Shown here one piece after another: positions 1 to 9,715 of a stretch of DNA of 55,755 nt. The stretch's first letter is position 1. The number at the start of each line of letters is the position of its first letter. The notes under the pieces are model-generated. The model was not told where the DNA came from, ran no database searches, and saw only the letters and a list, made by a program, of their open reading frames with translations. The position numbers were made by a program, and so were the translations under genes. Origin of the DNA: a bacterium (GTDB lineage Bacteria > Patescibacteriota > Minisyncoccia > UBA6257 > UBA9933); NCBI GenBank assembly GCA_021796335.1, contig JAJYHZ010000001.1:1-55755 (forward strand), read 5' to 3'.

Positions 1-312
1 CAGGGCGGGAATTTATTCTTACGGCCGGCCGGCAACGGAAACTTATGGGCAAATAATTCAATAACTGCCAGTGGTAATGTTTACGGCAATGACATCTGCA
101 CTTTTGGGGGAAAATGCTTGAGTCAGGGCAGCAATTTGGGACAAAATAACTGTTATTGGACTGGTGGAGTCGGCGGACGAGGCGGCGATTACTCTGGTTT
201 AGGAAATACACAATATTGTAGTCCTGGATATTATGTCGCTGGAATAGGAGCATATGATAACGGTGAGGATGGGTCAATGGTTGCCCCCGGAGTTCTTTGT
301 TGCCATCCTTAA
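1..312 (+). CDS. 5'-partial hypothetical protein, C-terminal Cys-rich domain (PilV/fibre-tip-like)
   Basis: Frame 1 is open from base 1 (QGGNLFLRPAGNGNLWANNSITASGNVYGNDICTFGGKCLSQ...) to TAA at 310-312. It ends in CYW..C.PGYYVAGI...CC. The track's TTG start at 118 is internal. Confidence 0.7.
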   Translation, partial: QGGNLFLRPAGNGNLWANNSITASGNVYGNDICTFGGKCLSQGSNLGQNNCYWTGGVGGRGGDYSGLGNTQYCSPGYYVAGIGAYDNGEDGSMVAPGVLCCHP

Positions 313-360
313 AATAATAAATAAAAGTAATAATATAAAAATAATAAAACTAATAAAACT

Positions 361-906
361 ATGGAACAAACAATCTCAACAGAAAAATCGAAATTGAATA
401 AAGAAATAATTCTTATAGTTATTTTCACCGTATTGGGTTTAATAGTGGGTTATTTTGCGGGTAGTTATATGAATAGACCTAAACAATCTTCAGCGGGAAG
501 TTCAGATACAAGTACGATTGTGAAAGAAATTTTCGCCAATGTACTTTTCACAGATACTTTATCCGGCCAGATTTCGGCAATTAACGGGAATACTTTGACA
601 GTCAAAACCCCTGGGATTTATGGCTTAAACTTTCCCGTAGAATATCAAACAAAGCAGGTATTAGTAGACGGCGCTATGAAAATAAACTTAAAACAAGCCA
701 AAACCCCCGATGAATTCGCCAAAGAATTGCAACAGGCAAGATCTTCCAAAACTTTCACTCCTCCGTTGCCATACTCGGAATCGAATATGGCCGTTTCCGA
801 CCTGAAAGTCGGAGATAATATCAACTTTACCTTTACTCCTGATCAAAATTTGGGAATATTAAATAATCAATTCACGGCCGTTAGTATTTCGGTTACAAGG
901 CAATAA
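361..906 (+). CDS. hypothetical membrane-anchored protein (single N-terminal TM, beta-rich OB-like ectodomain)
   Basis: 181 aa ORF; hydrophobic IILIVIFTVLGLIVGYFAG; SGQISAINGNTLTV and SDLKVGD motifs typical of DUF5666-like barrels. Confidence 0.75.
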   Translation: MEQTISTEKSKLNKEIILIVIFTVLGLIVGYFAGSYMNRPKQSSAGSSDTSTIVKEIFANVLFTDTLSGQISAINGNTLTVKTPGIYGLNFPVEYQTKQVLVDGAMKINLKQAKTPDEFAKELQQARSSKTFTPPLPYSESNMAVSDLKVGDNINFTFTPDQNLGILNNQFTAVSISVTRQ

Positions 907-989
907 ATTTGTATTAATTCCACGTAACTTCTCAAAGATTTTATCTGCGGGAATAAAAATTACTAATTCAGTTGCGATGTAAAACGAAT

Positions 990-1490
990 ATGAAAAAAAA
1001 CGTAAAAAATCCTTTATTCTGGACCGCAATAGCTCTTGTTTTATTGATTGCCGGATTTTTCGAATTCGGTCTTATAAATAGCAATGGCCAGTCTGCTCCG
1101 GCTTATGGCAATGGCATAGCGCATTTCATAGCAAAATGGGCCGGCTTTTATTCGACATCCACCTCCAGTGGGAATAACGGGAATAACGGAGGTAATAATT
1201 CAAATCAAAATCAACTGACATGTTCCGCGTATTTCTCGCCGAGCCAGGTATTAAAAGGAGGAGCCGCTAAATTAAATTGGAATTTTTCCGCTGCCGCCAC
1301 CAGCGCATCTTATACATGCGATGGCGATCTTGGTTCGGGTGATCTTTCCGCGGGATTATCCGGTTTCCGTACTCTTAATCCCAATCAATCCCAGACTTGT
1401 GTTATATTCGGCCAAAACAGCAGTGGATACGGGACCTGTTCGGCTTCTATTCAGGTTTCAAGTGGAAATTTGCAAGAAATCAATCCATAA
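990..1490 (+). CDS. hypothetical exported protein with N/G-rich linker and Ig-like C-terminal domain
   Basis: ATG at 990 (MKKNVK) followed by a TM segment, GNNGNNGGNN linker and a beta-rich domain with paired Cys. Confidence 0.7.
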   Translation: MKKNVKNPLFWTAIALVLLIAGFFEFGLINSNGQSAPAYGNGIAHFIAKWAGFYSTSTSSGNNGNNGGNNSNQNQLTCSAYFSPSQVLKGGAAKLNWNFSAAATSASYTCDGDLGSGDLSAGLSGFRTLNPNQSQTCVIFGQNSSGYGTCSASIQVSSGNLQEINP

Positions 1491-1874
1491 TAAAATACAT
1501 TGTTTATTATAAAGAAACTCCTCAAACAACCCTATTCCATATAAACATAGTTCTTTTACTTCTATTCCTTTTTTTCTGAAAATTATCAATATTAATGCAG
1601 ATTTAGCAGCGGTTATACAACTGTAACGATAAGCAGTGAGTCAATGTTAAATTTATATGGTGGGGGAACACTTATATATCCCGATGCAAGATTTCATAGC
1701 TGTATTAAAAATTAAATTTATTTAAATCTAAGGGGAAAATTATTCAAAAATACGCTTTTCAAAAGTGTATTTTTTTGTTAGATTTGTTTTATGTCTTATA
1801 ATTTTTCAATCCGTAGTTTTTGTAATCGAATTTAATCCTTTCGATTCCCAATCTGTAATCTTGCAATTTGATCC

Positions 1875-4289
1875 ATGCCTTTAAACTTCAAAAAAATCGA
1901 AAACAAGTGGCAAAAAATCTGGAAGGAAGAGCAATTTTTTAAAACCAGAGATGAGGGAAAAAACAAAAAGAATTTTATGCTCTTGACTGAATTTCCCTAT
2001 CCGTCGGGGAATTTGCATATCGGCCATTGGTATGCTTTTGCCGTGCCTGATATTTTTGCGCGCTATTTAAGAATGAATAATAAAAATGTTATGTACCCGA
2101 TTGGCTTTGACGCCTTTGGTTTGCCCGCGGAAAACGCCGCAATTAAAAGAGGAATCAATCCGCGCAAATGGACTGAGAAAAACATTTCATTTATGACCAA
2201 GCAACTTAACAACATGGGAGCTGCCTTTGATTGGAATAGAAAGGTTTCCACGATTGATCCGGAATATTATAAATGGACTCAGTGGATTTTTTTGCAGATG
2301 TTTAAAAAAAATCTTGCATATCGGACAAAAACTTTTGTAAATTGGTGTCCGAAAGATAAAACCGTTTTGGCAAACGAGCAGGTCGTTAACGGGCGCTGCG
2401 AACGCTGCGGCGCCCTTGTTGTCCAGAAAGAGTTTGAACAGTGGATGCTTAGGATAACCAAATACGCCGATCGCCTTATCGATGATATTGAAAAACTGGA
2501 TTGGCCGGAGACAACCAAACTGGCGCAAAAAAACTGGATTGGCAGAAGCCAAGGAATTAATTTCAAGGAAAAAGTTAAAGATTTAAATATTGAATTTGAA
2601 GTTTATGATTCAATCCCGCAGACATTCTTGGCGCAGACATTTACTGTAATTGCTCCTGAACATCCATTAGTTGAAAAATTAATTATTGGTACCGAATATG
2701 AAAAACCCGTAAGGGAATTTGTGGAAAAAATAAAACAAAAAAAAGCAGCTGATAAATTTGAAATAGAAAAAGAATCAGAAGGAATTTTTACGGGCCGTTA
2801 TGTGGACAATCCTTTTGGCACGGGTGATTTTCCTATTTGGGTTGCTTCTTATGTTGTGGCAGACTATGGAACAGGAATTGTTAACTGTAGTGCTCATGAT
2901 GAGCGCGACTTTGCCTTTGCAAAAAAGTATGATATTCCGCTAAAAATTGCTATGTTGCCGTCTGATAAAATAATGGCCGAAAAAGTGAAAAATTTTGAAG
3001 AATGTTATCTTGATCCAAATGGAATTTTACAAAAGCCAGCCGAAGTACGAGGCATGAACTGGACTGAAGCACGTAAACCTGTTATTGAATATATTGAAAA
3101 TAAAGGTTTTGGAAAGAGAACAACGCATTATAGGTTGCGTGACTGGGTTATTTCACGTCAAAGATACTGGGGTGTTCCCATCCCCGTAATTCACTGCGAA
3201 AAATGCGGATACGTTCCTGTTCCTGAAAAAAACCTTCCTGTTGAATTGCCGAAATTAAAAGATTTTCTTCCGACCGGAGAGGGTAAATCTCCTTTGGCAA
3301 AAGCAAAAAAATGGGTGGATGTAGATTGTCCGAAATGTAAGGGCAAGGCTCGGCGTGAAACCGATACCATGGATACTTTTGTTGATTCTTCCTGGTATTT
3401 TATCCGCTACACCGATCCGAAAAATAAAAATAAATTCGCCGATCGCAAAAAAATGAAAAAGTGGCTTCCGGTTCCGCTTTATATCGGAGGCGCGGAACAT
3501 AATACCATGCATCTTTTATATTCCCGTTTTTTCACAAAAGTGCTTTATGATTTGAAACTTGCTCATTTTAACGAGCCGTTTGTCAGCCGAAGAAATCATG
3601 GTACAATCTTGGGTCCTGATGGGCAGAAAATGTCCAAATCAAAAGGCAATGTTATTGATCCGGACGCGGAAGTGAAGAAATACGGCGCGGATAGCGTTAG
3701 AATGTATCTTGCGTTCATGGGCCCCTATGATCAGGGCGGTCCGTGGCAATTCACAGGGATCACCGGAATTTCCCGATTTTTGCAGCGGGTTTTTAATATA
3801 TCAAAAAATTTAAGCGATAAAACTGATAGAGAAATTGAAAAAACTCTTCACCAAATAATAAAAAAAGTGGGAGAAGATATTGAAAGTTTAAGATTTAACA
3901 CCGCTATCAGCGGCTTAATGATATTTCTCAATAAAGCGGAGAAGAATTCAATTAACAAGAAAACTTTTGAAGATTTTTTGAAATTACTCGCGCCCTTTGC
4001 CCCGCATTTATCCGAAGAAATCTGGAAAACGAATTTAAACAATAAAAAATCCATCCATATTCAGCCTTGGCCCAAATACAGCAATAAAATGATTGCGGAA
4101 GAAAATTTTGAATTGGTTATTCAAATAAACGGGAAAGTTCGTGATAAGATTTTAGCAAAAAAGGGAGTCAATCAGGAACAGGCCGAGAAATTGGCTGTAA
4201 AATCATCCAAGATAAAAAACATCATTGCCGGCCGGAATATTAAGAAAACGATTTTTGTTCCCGACAGGCTTATTAATATTATTTTGTAA
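1875..4289 (+). CDS. leuS: leucine--tRNA ligase
   Basis: FPYPSGNLHIGH, GFDAFGLPAENAA, RDWVISRQRYWG, DTMDTFVDSSWY and KMSKSKGN motifs; 804 aa. Confidence 0.97.
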   Translation: MPLNFKKIENKWQKIWKEEQFFKTRDEGKNKKNFMLLTEFPYPSGNLHIGHWYAFAVPDIFARYLRMNNKNVMYPIGFDAFGLPAENAAIKRGINPRKWTEKNISFMTKQLNNMGAAFDWNRKVSTIDPEYYKWTQWIFLQMFKKNLAYRTKTFVNWCPKDKTVLANEQVVNGRCERCGALVVQKEFEQWMLRITKYADRLIDDIEKLDWPETTKLAQKNWIGRSQGINFKEKVKDLNIEFEVYDSIPQTFLAQTFTVIAPEHPLVEKLIIGTEYEKPVREFVEKIKQKKAADKFEIEKESEGIFTGRYVDNPFGTGDFPIWVASYVVADYGTGIVNCSAHDERDFAFAKKYDIPLKIAMLPSDKIMAEKVKNFEECYLDPNGILQKPAEVRGMNWTEARKPVIEYIENKGFGKRTTHYRLRDWVISRQRYWGVPIPVIHCEKCGYVPVPEKNLPVELPKLKDFLPTGEGKSPLAKAKKWVDVDCPKCKGKARRETDTMDTFVDSSWYFIRYTDPKNKNKFADRKKMKKWLPVPLYIGGAEHNTMHLLYSRFFTKVLYDLKLAHFNEPFVSRRNHGTILGPDGQKMSKSKGNVIDPDAEVKKYGADSVRMYLAFMGPYDQGGPWQFTGITGISRFLQRVFNISKNLSDKTDREIEKTLHQIIKKVGEDIESLRFNTAISGLMIFLNKAEKNSINKKTFEDFLKLLAPFAPHLSEEIWKTNLNNKKSIHIQPWPKYSNKMIAEENFELVIQINGKVRDKILAKKGVNQEQAEKLAVKSSKIKNIIAGRNIKKTIFVPDRLINIIL

Positions 4290-4291
4290 TC

Positions 4292-4495
4292 ATGTATAGG
4301 TTAAAACCGCTGATTATTTTTTTTGCCATAATTGGAATTTTGAACTATATAATCGGCCAGCTTCCATCCATAATAAAAGAAGGGGAGAAAGTGACGAAAA
4401 ATCCGCCGAAAATTGCGCAGTATTTTACGCTTTTCCCGGCCGACTCATCCGGCCATCTTCAGGTTAATGCTCGTGAAAATGTCTTTAGCCGATAA
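4292..4495 (+). CDS. small hypothetical protein with N-terminal TM segment
   Basis: ATG 2 nt after the leuS stop; hydrophobic N-terminus; no recognisable domain. Confidence 0.45.
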   Translation: MYRLKPLIIFFAIIGILNYIIGQLPSIIKEGEKVTKNPPKIAQYFTLFPADSSGHLQVNARENVFSR

Positions 4496-4560
4496 AAGAT
4501 TAAAAACAGCTGAATTTGCTTCTTTTGAAGACTATTAAAAGATATTTGGATAACAAATTT

Positions 4561-4592
4561 AATATTTTATCCGTCGCGGCGAATAAAATATT
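4561..4592. terminator. inverted repeat between convergent genes, likely bidirectional terminator
   Basis: AATATTTTAT (4561-4570) / ATAAAATATT (4583-4592) around a GC-rich core. Confidence 0.45.
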
Positions 4593-4657
4593 AACCACCC
4601 AGCCCTTACAGGCGGGGAATTCCCGTATAATTAAACTTTTAAAATTTAATAATTGAC

Positions 4658-5695
4658 TTATTTTCGTTCCGTCAGAGTTATTTCCAGCTCGAAATTATTT
4701 TTGCCTCTTAATCCTTTTATTTTTAAATTTTCTCCGACTTCGCAAATTTCCAAAACGTCATTAATCGTTTTTTCTGTTGAAAGTCTTTCCCCGTTTATTT
4801 CCAGAATAATATCTCCGTTTTTCAATCCGGCCCGAGAAGCGGGGCTTTTTTCTATGACGCTGGGTGAAAAAGGCCTTTCGCTTGTTATAAATGCGCCGCG
4901 GTCGATCGGCAACTTATATTCTTCTTTGATATTTTCATCAATCATCAAGTAATGTACTCCCAATAAAGGAGTTCTTATTCTTCCGAATTTTTTTATATCA
5001 TCCAAATCTCTTTTAATTGCGTTTATCGGCAAGGCGAATCCGATATTCGCCGCTCCTGCTATTACCGCAATATTTATTCCTATTACTTCTCCTTTTAAAT
5101 TCACCAACGGTCCGCCGGAATTTCCCGGATTGATTGCCGCATCGGTTTGAATAAGACCATGGATTTCCTGAAGAGGAGACTTCGTATCGATTTGCGCGGT
5201 TATGGATCGCGAAAGCCCCGAAATAATTCCTGATGAAACTGTATTTTGGAAAATTCCCAATGCGTTTCCGATGGCGATAACCGATTCGCCCAATTCCAAT
5301 ACGGATGAATCTCCCAATCTCAGAAAAGGGAACTCATTGTGATCCTCGATTTTTAAAATTGCAATGTCGGACATGGGGTCGCGCGCAAGAACTGAAGCCT
5401 GAAGCTTTTTATTTTCATTTGTAATAACGGTATATTTGCTGTACGGATCGCTTACTACGTGCCTGTTGCTGATTATTATGCCGGACGAATCGACGATAAA
5501 TCCCGAACCGCTGCCTATTTTTATCATTCCGTTTTGGTCTATATCGGTATTTCGCATGGGCAGATCCTTGTTTTTCCCGAGGGGAACGGGGAATTTAATC
5601 AAGCCGTCCTTTTTTAGCGCTTTATAATCCTTAACCACGATTATATTCACCACCGCCGGCAAAACTTTTTTAATGGTTGTTTTTAAGTCATTCAT
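4658..5695 (-). CDS. htrA: HtrA/DegP-family serine protease with one PDZ domain
   Basis: GSGSGFI, SNRHVV (His), SDIAILKI (Asp), QTDAAINPGNSGGPL (Ser); C-terminal PDZ (SPASRAGLKNGDII). Confidence 0.93.
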   Translation of the reverse strand: MNDLKTTIKKVLPAVVNIIVVKDYKALKKDGLIKFPVPLGKNKDLPMRNTDIDQNGMIKIGSGSGFIVDSSGIIISNRHVVSDPYSKYTVITNENKKLQASVLARDPMSDIAILKIEDHNEFPFLRLGDSSVLELGESVIAIGNALGIFQNTVSSGIISGLSRSITAQIDTKSPLQEIHGLIQTDAAINPGNSGGPLVNLKGEVIGINIAVIAGAANIGFALPINAIKRDLDDIKKFGRIRTPLLGVHYLMIDENIKEEYKLPIDRGAFITSERPFSPSVIEKSPASRAGLKNGDIILEINGERLSTEKTINDVLEICEVGENLKIKGLRGKNNFELEITLTERK

Positions 5696-5777
5696 TGGAA
5701 CTTATTTTAACGGATTTTTTTAATAAACGAAAGCCCGATTTCTTTTCAAAAAGCTTAAAACATTCTAAAATTATTCA

Positions 5778-6659
5778 ATGCAGCTGTATCGTCCCGAAAC
5801 AAACCCAAGAAAAAAATTGTCCTTGAAGAGTAAATTGATTATTTTCGGAATTATTGTCCTTATTTTGGCGTTTATTGCGGGAATAATTTATCTTGTCCGA
5901 TTCTCTTCCGTTTTTAAAATAAAAAAAATAGAAATTTCAGGCTTGCCGGATTATTCCGCAAATGAACTGACTGCGGATCTTAAAGATTTTCTTACCCGTC
6001 AATCTAAAATCTCAAATTGGCTGGGTAATGATAATATTTTAATATGGAATTCCGGAGAATCTGAAAATTTTCTGAAGACACACCCTCAATTTCAGGAAGT
6101 CGACATTTCCAAAAATTACTATAGTCATCAGATTGACATTTCAGCTAAAGAACGGGAAAAATTTGGAATTTGGTGCGCGGCTTCCGGCAATCCGATGCTG
6201 ACGGAATCAAATTCCGCCAGCTCGACTTACGTTGCGTCAAATTCTACAACTGCAAATCCGCCAAGCCAAAATTGTTTCTGGTTTGATAATCAAGGGGTTA
6301 TTTTTTCTCCGGCTCCGGTAATCCAAAGCGAACTTTTTTATCGGGTTAATGATTTGACAAATCGCACGCTCAACTTAGGCGATTCGATTCTGCCTGATGG
6401 CGAATTCTCAAATCTCTCTAAAATTTTCGACCTTTTAAGTCGCGAAGAAATCAATTCCAGAACGGTTTATCTCAAGGATCTGTCTCTAGAAGAAGTTGAT
6501 GTCGAATCGCCTTCCACTCCAAAAATTTATTTCAGCTTGACGTACGATCCCGATTACGCGGCAACGGCAATTGATGCGCTGAAGAAATCCGGCCGCTGGC
6601 AAAAAATCGATTACGTCGATTTTACCGTGGAGAATCGCGCTTATTTCAGGTTTAAATAA
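5778..6659 (+). CDS. ftsQ: FtsQ/DivIB-like cell division protein
   Basis: Basic N-terminus, one TM, POTRA-like FKIKKIEISG; C-terminal YVDFTVENRAY resembling the FtsQ beta domain. Confidence 0.6.
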   Translation: MQLYRPETNPRKKLSLKSKLIIFGIIVLILAFIAGIIYLVRFSSVFKIKKIEISGLPDYSANELTADLKDFLTRQSKISNWLGNDNILIWNSGESENFLKTHPQFQEVDISKNYYSHQIDISAKEREKFGIWCAASGNPMLTESNSASSTYVASNSTTANPPSQNCFWFDNQGVIFSPAPVIQSELFYRVNDLTNRTLNLGDSILPDGEFSNLSKIFDLLSREEINSRTVYLKDLSLEEVDVESPSTPKIYFSLTYDPDYAATAIDALKKSGRWQKIDYVDFTVENRAYFRFK

Positions 6660-8390
6660 TTATACTATCATCTCTTTTTCGGTTCGGGAATGATAACTGC
6701 CATGTTCCAACCTCCTGAATATTTTAAAATCCCAATTTCGCAAAGTTTCGATGATTTTCATTTCCGGGTCAATGGCGATTGATTTGCCGAGATATTGTCC
6801 GGAAGTGAAATGAGGAAAAATAACGTAGTCGGCGCCGTGCTCATAAAGAAGCTTCACTTCTTTTTCGTCGTCGGAGCGCATTATTATTTTGAATTCCGCT
6901 CCATGCCTTTTCAGTTCATGCAATCTTTGCAAAAGCCGCAAATTATCTTTTATGTCCGCGACTGTTGATATTATCAGTTTGGCATGTTCAAAATGCGCCA
7001 TACTGAAGATGTCTTCATCATTTACATCTCCGAACAAATAGGCATAATCGTGCAATTGCAGTTCGCGGATAACTTGAGGATCGAAATCTATTATTAGAAT
7101 ATTTTTGCGGGGGATATTGTAAGCGATACTTTGTCCTAAACGGTGGGACCCTATCAAAATTATCGGCTTGTATATTTCCTCTTCGCTGGAATATTTTTCC
7201 TTCAGGTTTTTCCTTTCGAAAATAGAGATTAGCATTTTTGGAATTTTTTCGTAAATTTCATGCGAAAAAACAATCATATAAGTGGATATGGAAATAGTTA
7301 TAATAGCCACTGCCGTTATCAAAGCGGCAACATCCCCAGTTATATGCCCCAATTCCAAACCGGAAGCGGCCAAAACGAGGCCGAACTCAGAAACCTGAGC
7401 CAGCGTTATTCCAGTTAAAAAACTGGTTTTCTTGCGATAACCCATCAGGCCCATAACTATCAGCATGATTAATGGCGTCCCGATCAGGACAAAAAGCGAT
7501 AAAATAATTATTGGTCCGATTAGTTTGGAAATACTGGAAAGTGAAAGGGATGAACCGAGAATCACAAAAAATATGAGAACGAAAAAATCTCTCAGATATT
7601 TTATTTTTGTGGAGATTTGATGATTCTCCGCCGAATTTGCCAGAGCCAATCCCGCCAATAATCCGCTGATTTCAATCGGGAATCCGATTCTTGGCGAACT
7701 GACTATTGCGGCCAATAAAAAGCACCAGGCCAGGCTGCTTAAGAAAAGCAATTCTTGCGAATAGGCAATCCGGTCAAAAATCAGCGGCAATATTTTTCTT
7801 CCGATAAAAAGTATTAAAGCAAAAATAACAATACCCTTTGCCAAGGCGATTATTAAATTACCCGGAACGATTCCTTGTCCGCTTTTTAGTCCCGATAAAA
7901 ATACTAAAAGCAATACGGCCACCATATCCTGGAGAAGCAGCACTCCGATGGAAATTTTTCCATAAAGACTGTTAAGGTCTTTTTTTTCGGACAAAAGTTT
8001 CACTACGATAACCGTACTTGATAAAGTCAGGGCGATTGAGATATAGGCGGATTGCAGGTAAGTGAAATGAAGCAAGTGCGAGATTATAAATCCCAGAATA
8101 AAACTAATAATAATTTGAGCGGCGCCGATAATTATTGACGGTTTGCCGATCATTTTCAAAGAAGAAAAATCTATTTCCAGCCCGACTAAGAATAACAGGA
8201 ACATTATTCCCAAATCGGAGAAAGTGTTTAAAACATCTTTGTTGTTCAAATGAAAAGCGCCGAAATAACTTATTATGATGCCGGTAAAAATAAAAGCTAA
8301 AATAAGGGGCTGCTTGAAAAGCCGGGCGATTACTCCCAAAACCGTTGCGATTAAAATGACGATTGCCAGTTCGAAAAGTCCGGTACCCAT
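6660..8390 (-). CDS. CPA2 cation:proton antiporter with TrkA-N domain (KefB/KefC-like)
   Basis: About 12 TM segments; LGIMFLLFLVGLE, LLLQD, LRDFFVLIFF, LAQVSEFGLV; C-terminal IGSHRLG/YLFGD Rossmann domain. Confidence 0.92.
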   Translation of the reverse strand: MGTGLFELAIVILIATVLGVIARLFKQPLILAFIFTGIIISYFGAFHLNNKDVLNTFSDLGIMFLLFLVGLEIDFSSLKMIGKPSIIIGAAQIIISFILGFIISHLLHFTYLQSAYISIALTLSSTVIVVKLLSEKKDLNSLYGKISIGVLLLQDMVAVLLLVFLSGLKSGQGIVPGNLIIALAKGIVIFALILFIGRKILPLIFDRIAYSQELLFLSSLAWCFLLAAIVSSPRIGFPIEISGLLAGLALANSAENHQISTKIKYLRDFFVLIFFVILGSSLSLSSISKLIGPIIILSLFVLIGTPLIMLIVMGLMGYRKKTSFLTGITLAQVSEFGLVLAASGLELGHITGDVAALITAVAIITISISTYMIVFSHEIYEKIPKMLISIFERKNLKEKYSSEEEIYKPIILIGSHRLGQSIAYNIPRKNILIIDFDPQVIRELQLHDYAYLFGDVNDEDIFSMAHFEHAKLIISTVADIKDNLRLLQRLHELKRHGAEFKIIMRSDDEKEVKLLYEHGADYVIFPHFTSGQYLGKSIAIDPEMKIIETLRNWDFKIFRRLEHGSYHSRTEKEMIV

Positions 8391-8471
8391 GGGGAAATTA
8401 ATTTTTATAATTATTAATTTTAAGAATCAAAGAATTATCTAAAAATCGCAAAAATTAATAATTTTGGATAA

Positions 8472-9161
8472 TTATATAACTTTCGCTATTTGATTTAAAG
8501 CTGTCCTTGGGTCAATCCGGAATTTGTAAGGTTTAATTGACCATTTTGGTCCGGCATAATCCACGCCTGTCCTTTTTTTCGCCAGAATCTGCGACGGCCG
8601 TATTTTTATCCCGTATTCAAACCACAGGCTGTTTTCCGGTAGCGCTTTTTTCGTGTTGAGTTTCTTATTAATTTTCAGCGTTTTCGTAATCCTTGCCGGC
8701 CCGTTTATAAAATATTTTTTAATCGTTTCTTTTTCTTGTCTACTATCACGCGTGATAGTAAACAAGCCATCCGGAGATATTATCTTTTGTACGCCTTCAT
8801 ATGTGAAAGCATTATCATATGCGGTAATAGACAAAACCGGATTATTGTCCAATAAAATTCCTGCGCGAATTAAGATTGCCGCCGGATAATTTTTCGGCCC
8901 GGTTACGATATTTACCAGCCAGTGCATGCCGTAAGTGAAATAAATATAAAAAACACCGCCCTCCTCAAACATCGGTTTTGTTCTTTCTGTTCTACCGCGA
9001 TTGGCATGCGATGCTTTATCATGCGGCCCGTCATACGCTTCCACTTCCGTAATTAATAATTTCGATTCTTTCCCGCGGTATTTTCGTACCAAAACTTTTC
9101 CAAGTAAATCCTTTGCAGCTCGCAGTGTTTTCCGTTTGAAAAATTTATTTTTTAGAATCAT
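8472..9161 (-). CDS. mpg: DNA-3-methyladenine glycosylase (MPG/AAG family) with internal insertion
   Basis: AKDLLGKVLV, ITEVEAYDG, ASHA, YIYFTYGMHW, AAILIRA, NGPARIT, RTGVDYA motifs. Confidence 0.92.
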   Translation of the reverse strand: MILKNKFFKRKTLRAAKDLLGKVLVRKYRGKESKLLITEVEAYDGPHDKASHANRGRTERTKPMFEEGGVFYIYFTYGMHWLVNIVTGPKNYPAAILIRAGILLDNNPVLSITAYDNAFTYEGVQKIISPDGLFTITRDSRQEKETIKKYFINGPARITKTLKINKKLNTKKALPENSLWFEYGIKIRPSQILAKKRTGVDYAGPKWSIKPYKFRIDPRTALNQIAKVI

Positions 9162-9181
9162 TTATTTATTATATCAAATTT

Positions 9182-9208
9182 AAAAGGGCTTCTTGAGAAA
9201 GCCCTTTT
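9182..9208. terminator. intrinsic terminator hairpin
   Basis: AAAAGGGCTT / AAGCCCTTTT 10-bp arms, immediately downstream of the 9225-9572 minus-strand gene. Confidence 0.7.
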
Positions 9209-9224
9209 GAGATACGAGCGTCAT

Positions 9225-9572
9225 TTATGGTTCAAACCCCATTTTTTTAGCGAATATTTTTCTCCACGCACCGGATTTAATCTGGCGCGCGGTAAAAAAC
9301 ATCACTTTACTAGCGATAACCTCCACGTCTTGCCTAGGGCCGAACTTCTGGAACCCTTTCAGAATTATAGGAACATAATTGTCATCGCTGCTAAAGAGGC
9401 GAAAGTAAGGCATTGGTTTTTGGTTTCTGTCGCAAGACTCCACCCTGCTGGGGACGATGTCCGTGATAGCCTCTTTCTCAATGCCATACATACGCATGCA
9501 ATAATCTATCTCCACTTTAAGATTTTTCGCCCTCTTTTCACCATAACCTCTGAGTTCGATATTAGGCATCAT
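9225..9572 (-). CDS. hypothetical protein
   Basis: 115 aa ORF with GAGGT Shine-Dalgarno 4 nt upstream, an upstream promoter-like site and a downstream terminator. Confidence 0.7.
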   Translation of the reverse strand: MMPNIELRGYGEKRAKNLKVEIDYCMRMYGIEKEAITDIVPSRVESCDRNQKPMPYFRLFSSDDNYVPIILKGFQKFGPRQDVEVIASKVMFFTARQIKSGAWRKIFAKKMGFEP

Positions 9573-9715
9573 ACAACCTCGCTTTCATATTGGAATTTAT
9601 TTTTGTAAAAGCTTGAACGACACAAATGACACATCGGGGAAATAATAAGTATGGCCGCCTTCTTTTTTGTACCAGTTATAAAATTCCTCCTGTATGTAAT
9701 TAAATTGATGCTGAA

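Noticed and set aside
1575-1715. Possible gene fragment CRFSSGYTTVTISSESMLNLYGGGTLIYPDARFHSCIKN
   Set aside because: Bounded by an in-frame TAA at 1593 with no credible start; too short to support.
4596-4622. IS200/IS605-like end sequence (CCACCCAGCCCTTACAGGCGGGG); similar REP-like scraps at about 18023-18046 and 37254-37290
   Set aside because: Single degenerate copies with no tnpA/tnpB nearby; not enough to call a mobile element.
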